The notes under the pieces are model-generated. The model was given only the letters and a program-made list of their open reading frames with translations. It was not told the origin of the DNA and searched no databases. From Escherichia coli (GTDB taxonomy: Bacteria; Pseudomonadota; Gammaproteobacteria; Enterobacterales; Enterobacteriaceae): DNA of 64,000 nt. The position numbers were made by a program, and so were the translations under genes. Within the stretch, counting starts at the first letter, position 1, and every line of letters starts with the position of its first letter. Location of the stretch: NCBI RefSeq assembly GCF_003019035.1, contig NZ_CP027447.1, one strand, 5' to 3'. Positions 48,453 to 58,611 of this stretch are shown here, one piece after another.

Positions 48453-50676
48453 TTTCGGACTCCAGTTGCGCAACCTTTTCTGTGTTTAAACCTGCTTTGA
48501 GTAATAGTGATTGCATCGAAACTTGTAATTCGCGTTGAATTGTCAGAACGCGATCCAACGTTTCCTGGCTGATAACGCCTTCGGTGACCAAAAACTTGCC
48601 GAGCGGCAGAGAACTGCGTTCATGGCGCAATAACAACACGTTAATTGCTGAACGATTAATATGACCGAGCGTGGTCAGTATTTCGGCGAACAGGAACTGA
48701 TGCGGCACATATTGCCGCCAGATTTCACCGGCCTGCTGTTCCGTGAGCCACTGATGCTGAACCGCATTGTACAACATTGCCCGCGGATCGTGACCGCGTC
48801 GGCGCGCATACCAGTGGCGTAACCCCGTGACAATTTGTCCCCGCAGAACAATGACGTAACGCACTTTGCGTCCGACTTTACGCGTCAGGGCCGCCAGCGA
48901 AACCGGGTCAATACCATCTTCACTGCCGACAATTAACTCATCATTTTCCAGACGCAGCGGCAGCACTGCATAATGCAGCGCCACGGAGGCCGGCATCTCG
49001 GCAATCAGTGATGAAGGGATCTGCCAGGCGTCGATCGACTCCCACGCCACGCCGTTTTGCTCTGCCAGCGCCTGTGCCAGCTGCTCGGCGCTAATCAGCC
49101 CCTGCATCAGCATTGAACCGCCAAGGCGTAGACCTTCGACGCGATTACGCAGTGCTGTATCGAGTTGTTCTTCAGTGATGACCTGATTTTCCAGCAGAAT
49201 TTGACCTAACGGGCGCAACGAGCGGGTATCGCCAGTCACGCTGGGGAAGTCATGCGTTGTTTTATCCCACGCCACGCGACGTGGATCGCCGTGTTGAAGT
49301 ACCTGTTTTAACGCGCGCCAGTTGGCCATGAAGTTAATCAGGTTGCCCCAGAAAAGACGCAGGACAGATAGTAGCCCCTGCGTCAGGCCGTAGTAGCCAG
49401 TGACGAAAATCACCCGCTGCACGATGCGGTTAACCATCAAGCCAAAGTTTAGCCACAGCAGGGTCATTAACCATGCGCTGCCGCTGAAAATAGAAAGGAA
49501 ATGCCAGGCATCGGGCCACAAACTTTCATACGCCAGTAACAGCAAAAGCTGGATCATCACCAGCATCGCGAGGAAGCTGACAAAGTTACTGATTGCCCCT
49601 TTGCGGTCGCGCCAGAGAAAGTAGTTCAGCGTCAGGCTGGAGGTCCATTTGTGGGTTTTAAAGCCCTGGAAAACAATGCCGATGATCCAGCGAGATTTTT
49701 GTCGAACCGCCGTCGAAAAGGTATCGGGGAAATATTCGCGCACGCAGATCATGTTTGACGTCCGCGCGTGCTGTAAAAATTTACGCTGCTCGCGTTCTTT
49801 GGCTTCGTCCACCACCGGAAAACGGACAAAAATTTCCGTCATACCTTTTTCTTTCAGGCGGAAACCAATGTCGTAATCTTCAGTAAGACTCTGCACGTCG
49901 AAAGCAATACCGTCACCGTCAGCTAACAGTGCGGTCACGGCGCGGCGGCTGAAACAAGTACCGACACCTGCGCTGGGCACCTGTCCGGCGAGGGCTTCAC
50001 GCACCGGAACATCTTTGCCATGCAGTTCTGAAAACTCATCAATGTAAGTCATGCTGGTGAAGTGCGTCCATTCGCGTTCGAATGGGTATACCGGGATCTG
50101 AATCAGATCTTTACGCTCGACCAGATAGTTGAACAGACGCAATTCCATCGGTGAAATTACGTCTTCGGCGTCATGCAGAATAAAACCAGCAAAAGCGAAA
50201 TTGGCGCTACGCTCAAACTGGGTGATGGCGTCCAGCACGTTGTTCAGGCAGTCGGCTTTGCTGGTGGGGCCAGGACGCGCGCAGACTACCTTATGCACGT
50301 TTGGGAAGCGAGCGCACACTTCGTCAACATCACGCTGAGTATCGGGGTCGTTGGGGTAGGTGCCAACAAAGATATGATAGTTTTCATAGTCGAGCGTGGT
50401 CGCCGCCAGCTCGGCCATATTGCCGATGACGCCCGTTTCATTCCACGCCGGAACCATAATCGCTAACGGTTTTTCATCTGGTTTATACAGTTCGCGGTAA
50501 CTCATTCGCGGGTAGCGGCGATAAACACTCAACTTGCGTTTAATGCGGCGTACCCAGTAGACGACATCAATAAAAAAATCGTCCAGCCCGCTGATGAACA
50601 TGATGACCGCTAACGTTATCGCGATTACTTTTAAGCCATATAGCCAGGTTGCAAAAACATCAAGAAGCCAGTCCAC
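48439..50676 (-). CDS. nfrB: Inner-membrane family-2 glycosyltransferase NfrB (phage N4 adsorption protein B)
   Basis: 745-aa ORF with N-terminal TM segments and glycosyltransferase domain; overlaps nfrA start. Confidence 0.85.
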   Translation of the reverse strand: MDWLLDVFATWLYGLKVIAITLAVIMFISGLDDFFIDVVYWVRRIKRKLSVYRRYPRMSYRELYKPDEKPLAIMVPAWNETGVIGNMAELAATTLDYENYHIFVGTYPNDPDTQRDVDEVCARFPNVHKVVCARPGPTSKADCLNNVLDAITQFERSANFAFAGFILHDAEDVISPMELRLFNYLVERKDLIQIPVYPFEREWTHFTSMTYIDEFSELHGKDVPVREALAGQVPSAGVGTCFSRRAVTALLADGDGIAFDVQSLTEDYDIGFRLKEKGMTEIFVRFPVVDEAKEREQRKFLQHARTSNMICVREYFPDTFSTAVRQKSRWIIGIVFQGFKTHKWTSSLTLNYFLWRDRKGAISNFVSFLAMLVMIQLLLLLAYESLWPDAWHFLSIFSGSAWLMTLLWLNFGLMVNRIVQRVIFVTGYYGLTQGLLSVLRLFWGNLINFMANWRALKQVLQHGDPRRVAWDKTTHDFPSVTGDTRSLRPLGQILLENQVITEEQLDTALRNRVEGLRLGGSMLMQGLISAEQLAQALAEQNGVAWESIDAWQIPSSLIAEMPASVALHYAVLPLRLENDELIVGSEDGIDPVSLAALTRKVGRKVRYVIVLRGQIVTGLRHWYARRRGHDPRAMLYNAVQHQWLTEQQAGEIWRQYVPHQFLFAEILTTLGHINRSAINVLLLRHERSSLPLGKFLVTEGVISQETLDRVLTIQRELQVSMQSLLLKAGLNTEKVAQLESENEGE

Positions 50677-50799
50677 ACAAAAACCTTACATTAACGCTGG
50701 TTATGTTTAGGGTGGCGTATATTAAAGTTTTTTATGAATTGTGACAGCTTTTTATCATTAATAGGTAGGATTATTGCGGCACGTTATTTTTACACTGGT

Positions 50800-52110
50800 T
50801 ATAAAAGTTGCCGATTGCGTAGAATGTAGACAAAAGCGTGGTGTCAAGGAGGGGAGGGTAACGCAGGGAAAGATTACGAAAGCCCGCTCCCCGCAAGGAC
50901 TGACGCCAGATAGTTTCTGTCCATGGCTGCTTTTCGCATCTTACGTCTTAACCCTGCCTTGAATACCTTATCATTCGTCAAAATATTAATAGCGATGTGC
51001 CGTATCCCTGAAAATAATTCTGCTGCATTTCCTCTTCTTATTTTGCAGTCGTCTTCATTCATTACCACGTCCAGACGCCAGTGCAGCTTATTCTCCACGT
51101 GCCAGTGGTTTCGGATTGCTGTGGCGAACTTCTCTGCGGTTAAATCAGCAGAACTGATATAATATCTGACCGTCATTTCGGGCTCTTTCTTTTGTTCTGC
51201 TATTATTGACCGAAAGGAGACTGCCACGCATAATTTCTTCAGACCTTTCCATTCAAACGTGAAATCAATAAGTTCATCAGGGACATCGCAAACAATGTGA
51301 AGACGGATTTCTTCTCTGCCGTGACTCTTTTCACTCATTGCGTAACTGTCATGCTCTGGATTATTTAATTCTTTCAGCGGAAATTTTTCCTCGAAGGCTT
51401 TATTTAGCCGCCCCTGGTTTCCTTTTACAGCGAATAAATAATCACCTCCCTGTTTTTGTATCTTCTCTGCAATATCTTTCTGGCAACCCATCGCATCAGT
51501 TGTGATGATTTTTCCTTTAATATCCAGCATGTTAAGAAGTTCTTGGATAGCTGTAATCTCATTGGATTTCTCATCCGTCCTGATCTGTCCGATGACCAGA
51601 CTATGCATTGTTGAGAACGCACTAATGACATGAATCGCTCCCTTGCGGCGACTCTTGTCATAAGAGTGCCGGAGCGTTTTTCCATCAATTGCAATGACGC
51701 CTTTATCATCTGAAGAATGGCAGTCACGCATCCAGTTAATAAAGCACTCGTGAAATTTTGCAGGACTGATACAGGATACAACTCTGGCAATGGTATCGTG
51801 AACAGGAATACCATTTTCAAAATCACCATATTGCTTCAAAAAATCGAGATGTGTTTCCCCAAAATCCTCTATATCTTCCCAGCCTTCTGCACCAGAAATA
51901 ACGGCACAAATAGTCAACAGTAGAATATCCGACAATTTATGTTCCACTTTCCAGGCTTGTCTGTACTCGGGAATAACAGAAATATGTTCTATCAATTTTT
52001 TAAGTACCATTTTGTTCTCCTTAATTATGTAAGGAGTATTTGATCATGTATAAGCAATAAAAAACAGCTTCAGGTAATGAGGAATATCTCAATTTTTAAA
52101 CATAAAATGC
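50800..52110 (-). mobile_element. ISAs1-family insertion sequence (H-repeat element); ends approximate
   Basis: Single 378-aa transposase ORF in a unit of about 1.3 kb wedged between the nfrB promoter region and an Rhs fragment; inverted repeats not resolved by eye. Confidence 0.4.
50874..52010 (-). CDS. ISAs1-family transposase (H-repeat-associated protein)
   Basis: 378-aa [55 protein letters not shown], typical of H-rpt/ISAs1 transposases; SD AAGGAG. Confidence 0.85.
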   Translation of the reverse strand: MVLKKLIEHISVIPEYRQAWKVEHKLSDILLLTICAVISGAEGWEDIEDFGETHLDFLKQYGDFENGIPVHDTIARVVSCISPAKFHECFINWMRDCHSSDDKGVIAIDGKTLRHSYDKSRRKGAIHVISAFSTMHSLVIGQIRTDEKSNEITAIQELLNMLDIKGKIITTDAMGCQKDIAEKIQKQGGDYLFAVKGNQGRLNKAFEEKFPLKELNNPEHDSYAMSEKSHGREEIRLHIVCDVPDELIDFTFEWKGLKKLCVAVSFRSIIAEQKKEPEMTVRYYISSADLTAEKFATAIRNHWHVENKLHWRLDVVMNEDDCKIRRGNAAELFSGIRHIAINILTNDKVFKAGLRRKMRKAAMDRNYLASVLAGSGLS

Positions 52111-52117
52111 GAATTAT

Positions 52118-52834
52118 TTAGTACAAAAAAGCAGCGTTACGTGATCTTTCCCTGTGTAATCCCCCAGCTAAATCATGAACTTTTTGAGCCATTTTACTTA
52201 ATTCAGGGCAGGCTCCTAAACCTAATGGATCTGTGAAGCAACACGGATTCAGCACATAACCATAAGTGTTTAGTCCACCCAATACACCCAGGGGGTCACT
52301 CACCAGATACATCCCGGTCTCCGGCTCGTAGTACCGGAACCGGTTATAGCACAGCCCTGACTCCGCATCCCGCCACTGCCCCGCATACAGCAGACCGGGG
52401 TCCGCTTCTGCGTCTCGCTCCCCGCGCGGGTCCGGGTAGTCCCTGTCTGCGCTGACGCTGAGTGCCAGCCCCCACAGGCTGGTCTGCTCCGCACGCCACA
52501 CCACGTTACCCTGACTGTTAAAGAGCATCACCGGGCGGCCTGTCAGGTCGCTTACCGCATGGCTGGTCCGCGTCACCCACTGCGGGGCCACGGACGGGTG
52601 CGGCTGCCGTACCCGGCTGAACTGCTGGCTTATCAGCTCAAAGCCGTTAAACACCAGGTACCGCACACTGTACAGTTTATCATCGCGGTATTCCCGGATT
52701 TCCGCAATAGTGTCGCCGTCCCACAGATATGTGATGCGGAGGGCTTTTTGTTTGCAGCGTTTCTCTGTCCGTCTGCCACTGGCGTCGTGGCAGTATTCCC
52801 ACTGCTCACCCCGGGCGCTGCGGTAGCCGATCAC
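52118..52834 (-). pseudogene. Orphan Rhs core-extension/C-terminal fragment, truncated
   Basis: GTG start without RBS; near-identical to residues about 1245-1450 of the upstream full Rhs through DPLGL, then only about 30 divergent residues before reading into IS-adjacent sequence. Confidence 0.6.
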
Positions 52835-52863
52835 GGCTGTCGTGGCGGAACTTTATCTCTTTT

Positions 52864-53253
52864 TTATTTAATCCAGTAAGCTAATCTCTCACCAATCTTC
52901 AAATTTTCTCTTTTGTAATAAAATACAGTATCAAAGTTAATGGATATTTTTTTCGCAATAACTTTGAATTTCAATTCAAATTCCGAATAAAACTCTAATA
53001 CTAACATTTCACGAGCATTGTCAGTGCAACTTGATAGCTTAATAAACTCCTCATTAAGATCGCATGACCAGTCCATAACACCGCTAATATAGCATGGCGT
53101 GTCTATTATTATTTCCAGTGTGTGATAGTAAGAAAGGTCATCACTCCCGGAAATAATCAAGCGATTATGTTCATAAAGAAAAACTGAAAAATCCAACCAA
53201 CTTTCTTTCCAATTATGGTGCTTTATATCATTAATTATGTTTTGCTCACTCAT
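52864..53253 (-). CDS. Putative immunity protein for the Rhs C-terminal toxin
   Basis: 129-aa AT-rich ORF whose start overlaps the rhs stop (ATGA), the canonical toxin-immunity arrangement. Confidence 0.6.
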   Translation of the reverse strand: MSEQNIINDIKHHNWKESWLDFSVFLYEHNRLIISGSDDLSYYHTLEIIIDTPCYISGVMDWSCDLNEEFIKLSSCTDNAREMLVLEFYSEFELKFKVIAKKISINFDTVFYYKRENLKIGERLAYWIK

Positions 53254-56200
53254 GGAATAGTTCCTGTAGGCAATGGTATATGAGTATCATTTGCAGCTCC
53301 TGGATTATAATTCGGACTTTTAGTTTTCAAATCAGATGTATGATGCCAACTGCCATCAGGAGAACCATACTCCCAACCATAGCCTTGATTAGTCGCAGGA
53401 TTTGTTCCACTTTGGCTTCTACCAATCCTATATATGGGGCCATTGGCAGAATTACTCCCTGCTGGAGCAGTAGGGTTTACATCATGAGCCCTTACTTCAT
53501 ATTTATAATTTCCGACGGTGAATTTTTCTTTAAATTTTATAGGGTAGTTATGCCCAGACAAGCCTTGCCGATGTAAAGCATAATTTAACACATCCTGCGG
53601 TGAGGTATTTTTAATTGCTTGATGCGCTTGTGCTGCTGTCATACCTTGAGAACGATTGTATTTATACCAATCATACATCACAGGACATATAGCTAATCCC
53701 AAAGGATCAACATACCCCAGCGGATTAGGCACATACCGGTAAGTCTGCTCACCCCCCAGCAACCCCAGTGGATCACTCACCAGGTACATCCCGGTTTCCG
53801 GCTCGTAATACCGGAACCGGTTATAGCACAGCCCCGATTCCGCATCCTGCCACTGCCCCGCATACAGCAGGCCGGGGTCGGCTTCCGGGTCCAGCTCCCC
53901 GCGCGGGTCCGGGTAGCCGGTGTCTGCGGGCAGGCTGAGTGCCAGCCCCCACAGGCTGGTCTGCCCCGGTCGCCAGACGGTTTTACCTTCACTGTTAAAG
54001 AGCACCAGCGGACGGCCCGTCAGGTCGCTCACCGCATGATTCGTTCGCGTCACCCACTGCGGGGCCACGGACGGATGCGGCTGCCGTACCCGGCTGAACT
54101 GCTGACTCAGCAGCTCAAAGCCGTTAAACACCAGGTGCCGTACGCTGTACAGTTTATCATCCCGGTATTCCCGCATTTCCGCAATACTGTCGCCGTCCCA
54201 CAGATACGTAAAACGGATTTTCTTCCGGTCGCAGCGTTTTTCCGTCCGCCTGCCGCTGGCGTCGTGGCGGTATTCCCACTGCTCACCCTGTGCGCTGCAA
54301 TACCCGGTCAGCTGGTCCCGGCTGTCCCACCGGAACCGCTCTGTTTCCGGGCGGTAGCCGTCACGGTGTCTGGTGCGGCTGACCATCCGGCCTGCGGCGT
54401 CATAGCTGTAGTCTGTGTTTCCGGTCTGTTTCAGCCGGTGGCCGCGCTGATACATGTCAGTATCCACGCTTATCCGGTGCCTGCCCGCCGACTGCGCCTT
54501 CAGGTAGCCACAACTGTCATAGCCATAGGACTCATCGCCTTCGCCATAGCCCAGCCCGGTGCCTGAGGCTGTCACCGCCGTGACCTGGCCGTTCCGGTCC
54601 AGCCGGTACTCCCGCCGTGTTTCCCGTCCGTAGTCTTCCCGGCTGGTGACAGCCGACATATTGCCCGCGCTGTCGTAACGGTACTCCCGCACCAGTGAGG
54701 GGAGCAGTCCGCCCCATGTGGCTTCCGCCGGGAAAAGTCCGGCGCGCTGGCTGGTAAGCTGACCGGCTGCATTCCAGCCCTGCTCACAGGCAAAACCCCG
54801 GTTACTGTGCCGGAGCACTTCACGTCCTGCCTCATCACGGCTGAACGTCAGCGTCTCATCCCCCGGCAGGATAACCTCCGTCAGTTCTCCGGCGGCGTTG
54901 TAGCGGTAGGTGGTTTTCAGCAGGGATTCACCGGGGTGTCTGTCGCGTTCATCTTCCGGTGGCAGGATACAGCGGATGACGGTGTGTTCATCGGGGTGGT
55001 GGTATTCAATGGCCCGTCGGCCCTGAGTGGTGACATTCACCCGCCCGCGTTCGTCATAGCCGGTGCGCTGTGATGTACCGTCCGGGCTGAAGATACCCGT
55101 CAGCCTGCCGGATTTGTCATAGGCATACTGCGTTTTGCCTTCCGGCGAGATGACTTCTGCCAGGCGGCCTGCGGCGTCCCGGCTGTAGAGGATAGTTTCC
55201 TCCAGGCCGTTAACCCTGGCGGTACAAAGGCCATCGGCGTCATAGCGGTAACGCCAGACCACGCCGCCCCAGTCACGCTCTTCCGTCACCCGTCCACAGT
55301 TGTCCAGAATATAACGGTATGACTCGCCCTGCGGATTGATGACTTCTGTCAGTTGCAGCGTGTCTTTATCGTAGCGGTACTGCCAGCGGTGGCCTTCACC
55401 GTCCGTTCGCGCCACCGGCAAATCGAACGGGCCGTATTCCATCGTCCAGACAACGCCGTTGCCGTCCGTCCAGGCCAGCAGGTTGCCGTGGCGGTCATAG
55501 CGAAATCCTTCCGCGCCGGTGCCAGTGCGTTCAAGGCCGCTCAGTTTATGGTGCTGCTGCCACCGTAACCGCACTGACTGACCGCCGGGGCCGCGCATCT
55601 TCACCGGCAGGTCGTGACCGCTGTATTCGGTGTGGTGTTCACGGCCCATCACGTCGGTGAGTGTTTCCGGCCGGTTGTGGTGGTCGTACTCTATGCCCAG
55701 ACGCCGTTCATCCTGGCGGAATATCCCCGACAGCAGCCCCTGCGGCGTGTACGCCAGCCGGGTCTCTTCGCCCTGTGGCGACACCAGACTTACCGGCAGG
55801 CCGCGTTCATCACACTGCTGCGTCCACATCTGCCCGGCAGGGTCGGTGATGTTGCTGAGCAGGCCGCGCTCATCATAGCAGTACTGCCACTCCGCACCGT
55901 CTGCCGCCGTGTAACGGCTTAACTGACCGTGTGCGGCGTTGTATTCAAACTTCTCCACCCGCCCGGCAGGGGAGTGGCGGGCCAGCAGGTGATGGAATTC
56001 ATCCCATTCATACATGGTGGTGCTGCCGTCCGGCGCTGCTTCCCGCAGAATATTGCCGTCAGGATCATAGTAATAACGGTGAATGCCCTTGCCGTCCGTC
56101 ACGGTGGTGCAGCCGTCACCATAGTCCAGCGTGGCGTTGTAATAGCCCTCCGCCCCGGTGACGGTCACGCACCGGCCCTGTGCATCGTAGGTGAAACGGC

Positions 56201-58103
56201 TCCACGTCTGGTCGTTATCGGACCAGCGGATGATCCGGTCCGCAGCGTCGTACTCATAAAACAGGTGGTAGTCCAGCCGCGCATCCGCTTCTGTCAGCCG
56301 CCCCCGCGCATCCTGTTCGTAGGTCGCCAGCATCTGTATGCCGTTATCCGTACGGTGAATGGCTTTCAGGTAGCCGCTGGCATGGTACGTCAGTTTAAGC
56401 CGGATCCCGTCGGTGTGACTGACACCCATGATGCGGTACTGGCTGTCGCGCTCAAACGTGATGCGGTTGCTGGCGGTGTCGCTCATCCCGCCCAGCATGT
56501 ACATCCGGTCTGCGGGGCTGTGTGCCAGACGGTCATCGCAGGTATCGTCAGTCACCGGGTGGCGCAGGCGCATTCCCGGAAAGGCGTCATAAAAGAAGCG
56601 GCTGCTCAGTGCATCACGGTCGAACAGCTCCAGGTAATCGTCGCGGCGGCGCAGAATGTACTGGGCGTGATACGGGTTAACCGCCGTATCACTGTCACCG
56701 TCGAAGGCAAATCTCAGCGTGGTTCCCTGGCTGATGATATCCACCCGGTTTCCCTGTTCACGCACCCAGGCGTATTCGCTCCAGGAGTCGCTCCAGCCCA
56801 CGCCCGTCAGACCATGCAGCGGCAGTACAGAACTGTGGAAACGGGTGAAGGAGAGGGGGAGTGTCTGGCCCAGCGTAAAGTCGGTACGTTCGTCGCAGTA
56901 TGCGCCGGTTACCGGATCGACAGGATCTGTTACCCATCTGATGACTTTATTGGCAATACTTTTTAACGACTTACCTGTTTTCCCCAGCAACGCGCCGAGC
57001 TTTGCCCCCAGCAGCTTCCCGCTTTTCCCCAGCAGGTTTCCCAGTTTGCCGAGTTTCGCCAGATTCCCCAGTTTTCCCAGCAGTCCCGCGGGCGGCAGAA
57101 GATAGCTGGCTATCGTTATTCCCCCCAGGATCATTCTCTGCCACGGCGGGAACTCCGGCTGGATATCCAGATAGGTCACCTGTTCACCGCCAATAAAGAC
57201 GTCCGGCGAACCTTCCACGATTGCCGCGCTGCACTCCAGTTTGTCCCCTTTGCGTGCGGCAGTCTGATTGTTGATAAAGACGTTGCTGCTGCCCTGGGCT
57301 ATCCTCGGTGGTTTGTTCTCCTTGTCGCAGAGCGCCGTGTCCTCACCGGCTTCCGGGAAATCCACGTCTTTTTTGATTTCGCCACGCCCGCCCACCATGG
57401 TGGCAAACTCCATTAATACCGGACCGGCGGGAAACAGAAGCGATGCGCCGGCGCTGACGCGATCCATAATACCGGCATTGCTGTCCGTCAGGGTGATAAC
57501 AGCGTTCCCCCAGGCCTTCGCCAGTGGTACTGCTTTTTCCGCTGCCGATTCAAGCAGGTCAGTGGCAATATCACCCCATGAGGGTTCCCCCTGTGGTGGA
57601 GAGGGTATTGCTTCAGTCAGGGGAGGAGGGGGAAGGGTGACGGCGGCCCTGGCAGCGGGCTTTCCGTTAATGTTTACATTTTTAGAACCAGTATTGATGG
57701 CCCCGTCCGTGTCACAAAAACTGTTTATCCATGATTCAAGCTGGTTCTGTTTCTCCTCCACATAATCACTCGCCTTATAGCTGGCATACATCAGCGCAGG
57801 CACCAGAACCAGCGCATAAGGGCCGGTGGCACAGGCGGCCATAATCAGGCAACCTTCTGCGATGGTCACTATCGCCCCCAGCACGGCCCCTGCCAGCGCC
57901 CCCAAAAAACTCTTGTGCTGAATTTCATCGCCCAGCCTGGCTGCGGGGGGGCCAGACTTTTTTGATGCCAACATCTGTGCAATGGCTTTGTCGTTGGCTG
58001 CCCGTTTCATCTGGCTGGCGACCATCGCCTGCTGTGACAGCATTCGCATTGCCAGCGTACCGCCTGCGGTCGCTCCCTGTGGCCCGCCTGGTCCTTCACT
58101 CAT
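53250..58103 (-). CDS. rhs: prePAAR/PAAR-domain Rhs (YD-repeat) T6SS effector with variable C-terminal toxin domain
   Basis: 1617 aa; N-terminal prePAAR motif AARLGDEIQH followed by TM helices, long YD-repeat shell, core end DPLGL, then about 150 aa of unrelated low-GC sequence. Confidence 0.9.
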   Translation of the reverse strand: MSEGPGGPQGATAGGTLAMRMLSQQAMVASQMKRAANDKAIAQMLASKKSGPPAARLGDEIQHKSFLGALAGAVLGAIVTIAEGCLIMAACATGPYALVLVPALMYASYKASDYVEEKQNQLESWINSFCDTDGAINTGSKNVNINGKPAARAAVTLPPPPLTEAIPSPPQGEPSWGDIATDLLESAAEKAVPLAKAWGNAVITLTDSNAGIMDRVSAGASLLFPAGPVLMEFATMVGGRGEIKKDVDFPEAGEDTALCDKENKPPRIAQGSSNVFINNQTAARKGDKLECSAAIVEGSPDVFIGGEQVTYLDIQPEFPPWQRMILGGITIASYLLPPAGLLGKLGNLAKLGKLGNLLGKSGKLLGAKLGALLGKTGKSLKSIANKVIRWVTDPVDPVTGAYCDERTDFTLGQTLPLSFTRFHSSVLPLHGLTGVGWSDSWSEYAWVREQGNRVDIISQGTTLRFAFDGDSDTAVNPYHAQYILRRRDDYLELFDRDALSSRFFYDAFPGMRLRHPVTDDTCDDRLAHSPADRMYMLGGMSDTASNRITFERDSQYRIMGVSHTDGIRLKLTYHASGYLKAIHRTDNGIQMLATYEQDARGRLTEADARLDYHLFYEYDAADRIIRWSDNDQTWSRFTYDAQGRCVTVTGAEGYYNATLDYGDGCTTVTDGKGIHRYYYDPDGNILREAAPDGSTTMYEWDEFHHLLARHSPAGRVEKFEYNAAHGQLSRYTAADGAEWQYCYDERGLLSNITDPAGQMWTQQCDERGLPVSLVSPQGEETRLAYTPQGLLSGIFRQDERRLGIEYDHHNRPETLTDVMGREHHTEYSGHDLPVKMRGPGGQSVRLRWQQHHKLSGLERTGTGAEGFRYDRHGNLLAWTDGNGVVWTMEYGPFDLPVARTDGEGHRWQYRYDKDTLQLTEVINPQGESYRYILDNCGRVTEERDWGGVVWRYRYDADGLCTARVNGLEETILYSRDAAGRLAEVISPEGKTQYAYDKSGRLTGIFSPDGTSQRTGYDERGRVNVTTQGRRAIEYHHPDEHTVIRCILPPEDERDRHPGESLLKTTYRYNAAGELTEVILPGDETLTFSRDEAGREVLRHSNRGFACEQGWNAAGQLTSQRAGLFPAEATWGGLLPSLVREYRYDSAGNMSAVTSREDYGRETRREYRLDRNGQVTAVTASGTGLGYGEGDESYGYDSCGYLKAQSAGRHRISVDTDMYQRGHRLKQTGNTDYSYDAAGRMVSRTRHRDGYRPETERFRWDSRDQLTGYCSAQGEQWEYRHDASGRRTEKRCDRKKIRFTYLWDGDSIAEMREYRDDKLYSVRHLVFNGFELLSQQFSRVRQPHPSVAPQWVTRTNHAVSDLTGRPLVLFNSEGKTVWRPGQTSLWGLALSLPADTGYPDPRGELDPEADPGLLYAGQWQDAESGLCYNRFRYYEPETGMYLVSDPLGLLGGEQTYRYVPNPLGYVDPLGLAICPVMYDWYKYNRSQGMTAAQAHQAIKNTSPQDVLNYALHRQGLSGHNYPIKFKEKFTVGNYKYEVRAHDVNPTAPAGSNSANGPIYRIGRSQSGTNPATNQGYGWEYGSPDGSWHHTSDLKTKSPNYNPGAANDTHIPLPTGTIP

Positions 58104-58122
58104 GTGTTATCCCTCGTTTATG

Positions 58123-58584
58123 TCAGCGCGGCTGGTCCTTTTGGATGTCATTCTCCGGTGGCAACGGGGTGAAGCTCTTTATCACCTCCAGCAGCATCGT
58201 CTTTTGACTGTTCTTCAGGGATAAGGAGGTGCTGAAAGTGAAGGTCAGCAGCGTATCTCCACGCCGCTGGAATACGGCTATCTGGCTAATCCGCCCCTGA
58301 TTCCCTTCATCTTCCGGACCGTTCCAGGAATAATCCAGCAGCCAGGCCGGGGCCTCTGCCAGAGTGATTTCCCGGCAGGCATGTTCGGTGTACCCATCAA
58401 GTTTGCCCTGGTACAGCGCCAGCGTTTCCTGGTACAGCTCTGGTGTCAGGGTTCCCTGTGGAACGGCTTCGCGGGTAATGACCAGGTTGATGCCACTGTT
58501 ATCTGTGGACACCAGGACCTGCATTGACTGATCCTGCCATTGAGACGGCAGTTGAATGTGGCCTTCATTAAAAGTGAACTGCAT
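58123..58584 (-). CDS. DUF1795-family effector-associated chaperone (EagR-like)
   Basis: 153-aa ORF between vgrG and rhs, the position held by Eag chaperones for prePAAR effectors. Confidence 0.75.
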   Translation of the reverse strand: MQFTFNEGHIQLPSQWQDQSMQVLVSTDNSGINLVITREAVPQGTLTPELYQETLALYQGKLDGYTEHACREITLAEAPAWLLDYSWNGPEDEGNQGRISQIAVFQRRGDTLLTFTFSTSLSLKNSQKTMLLEVIKSFTPLPPENDIQKDQPR

Positions 58585-58611
58585 AAAATACTCCCTGTTA
58601 ATCTGAGTGAA

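Noticed and set aside
53777-57765. Multiple 60-345-aa ORFs antisense to or out of frame with the Rhs gene
   Set aside because: All are embedded in the 1617-aa Rhs reading frame, which has unmistakable YD-repeat and PAAR features; the GC-rich repetitive sequence generates long spurious frames.
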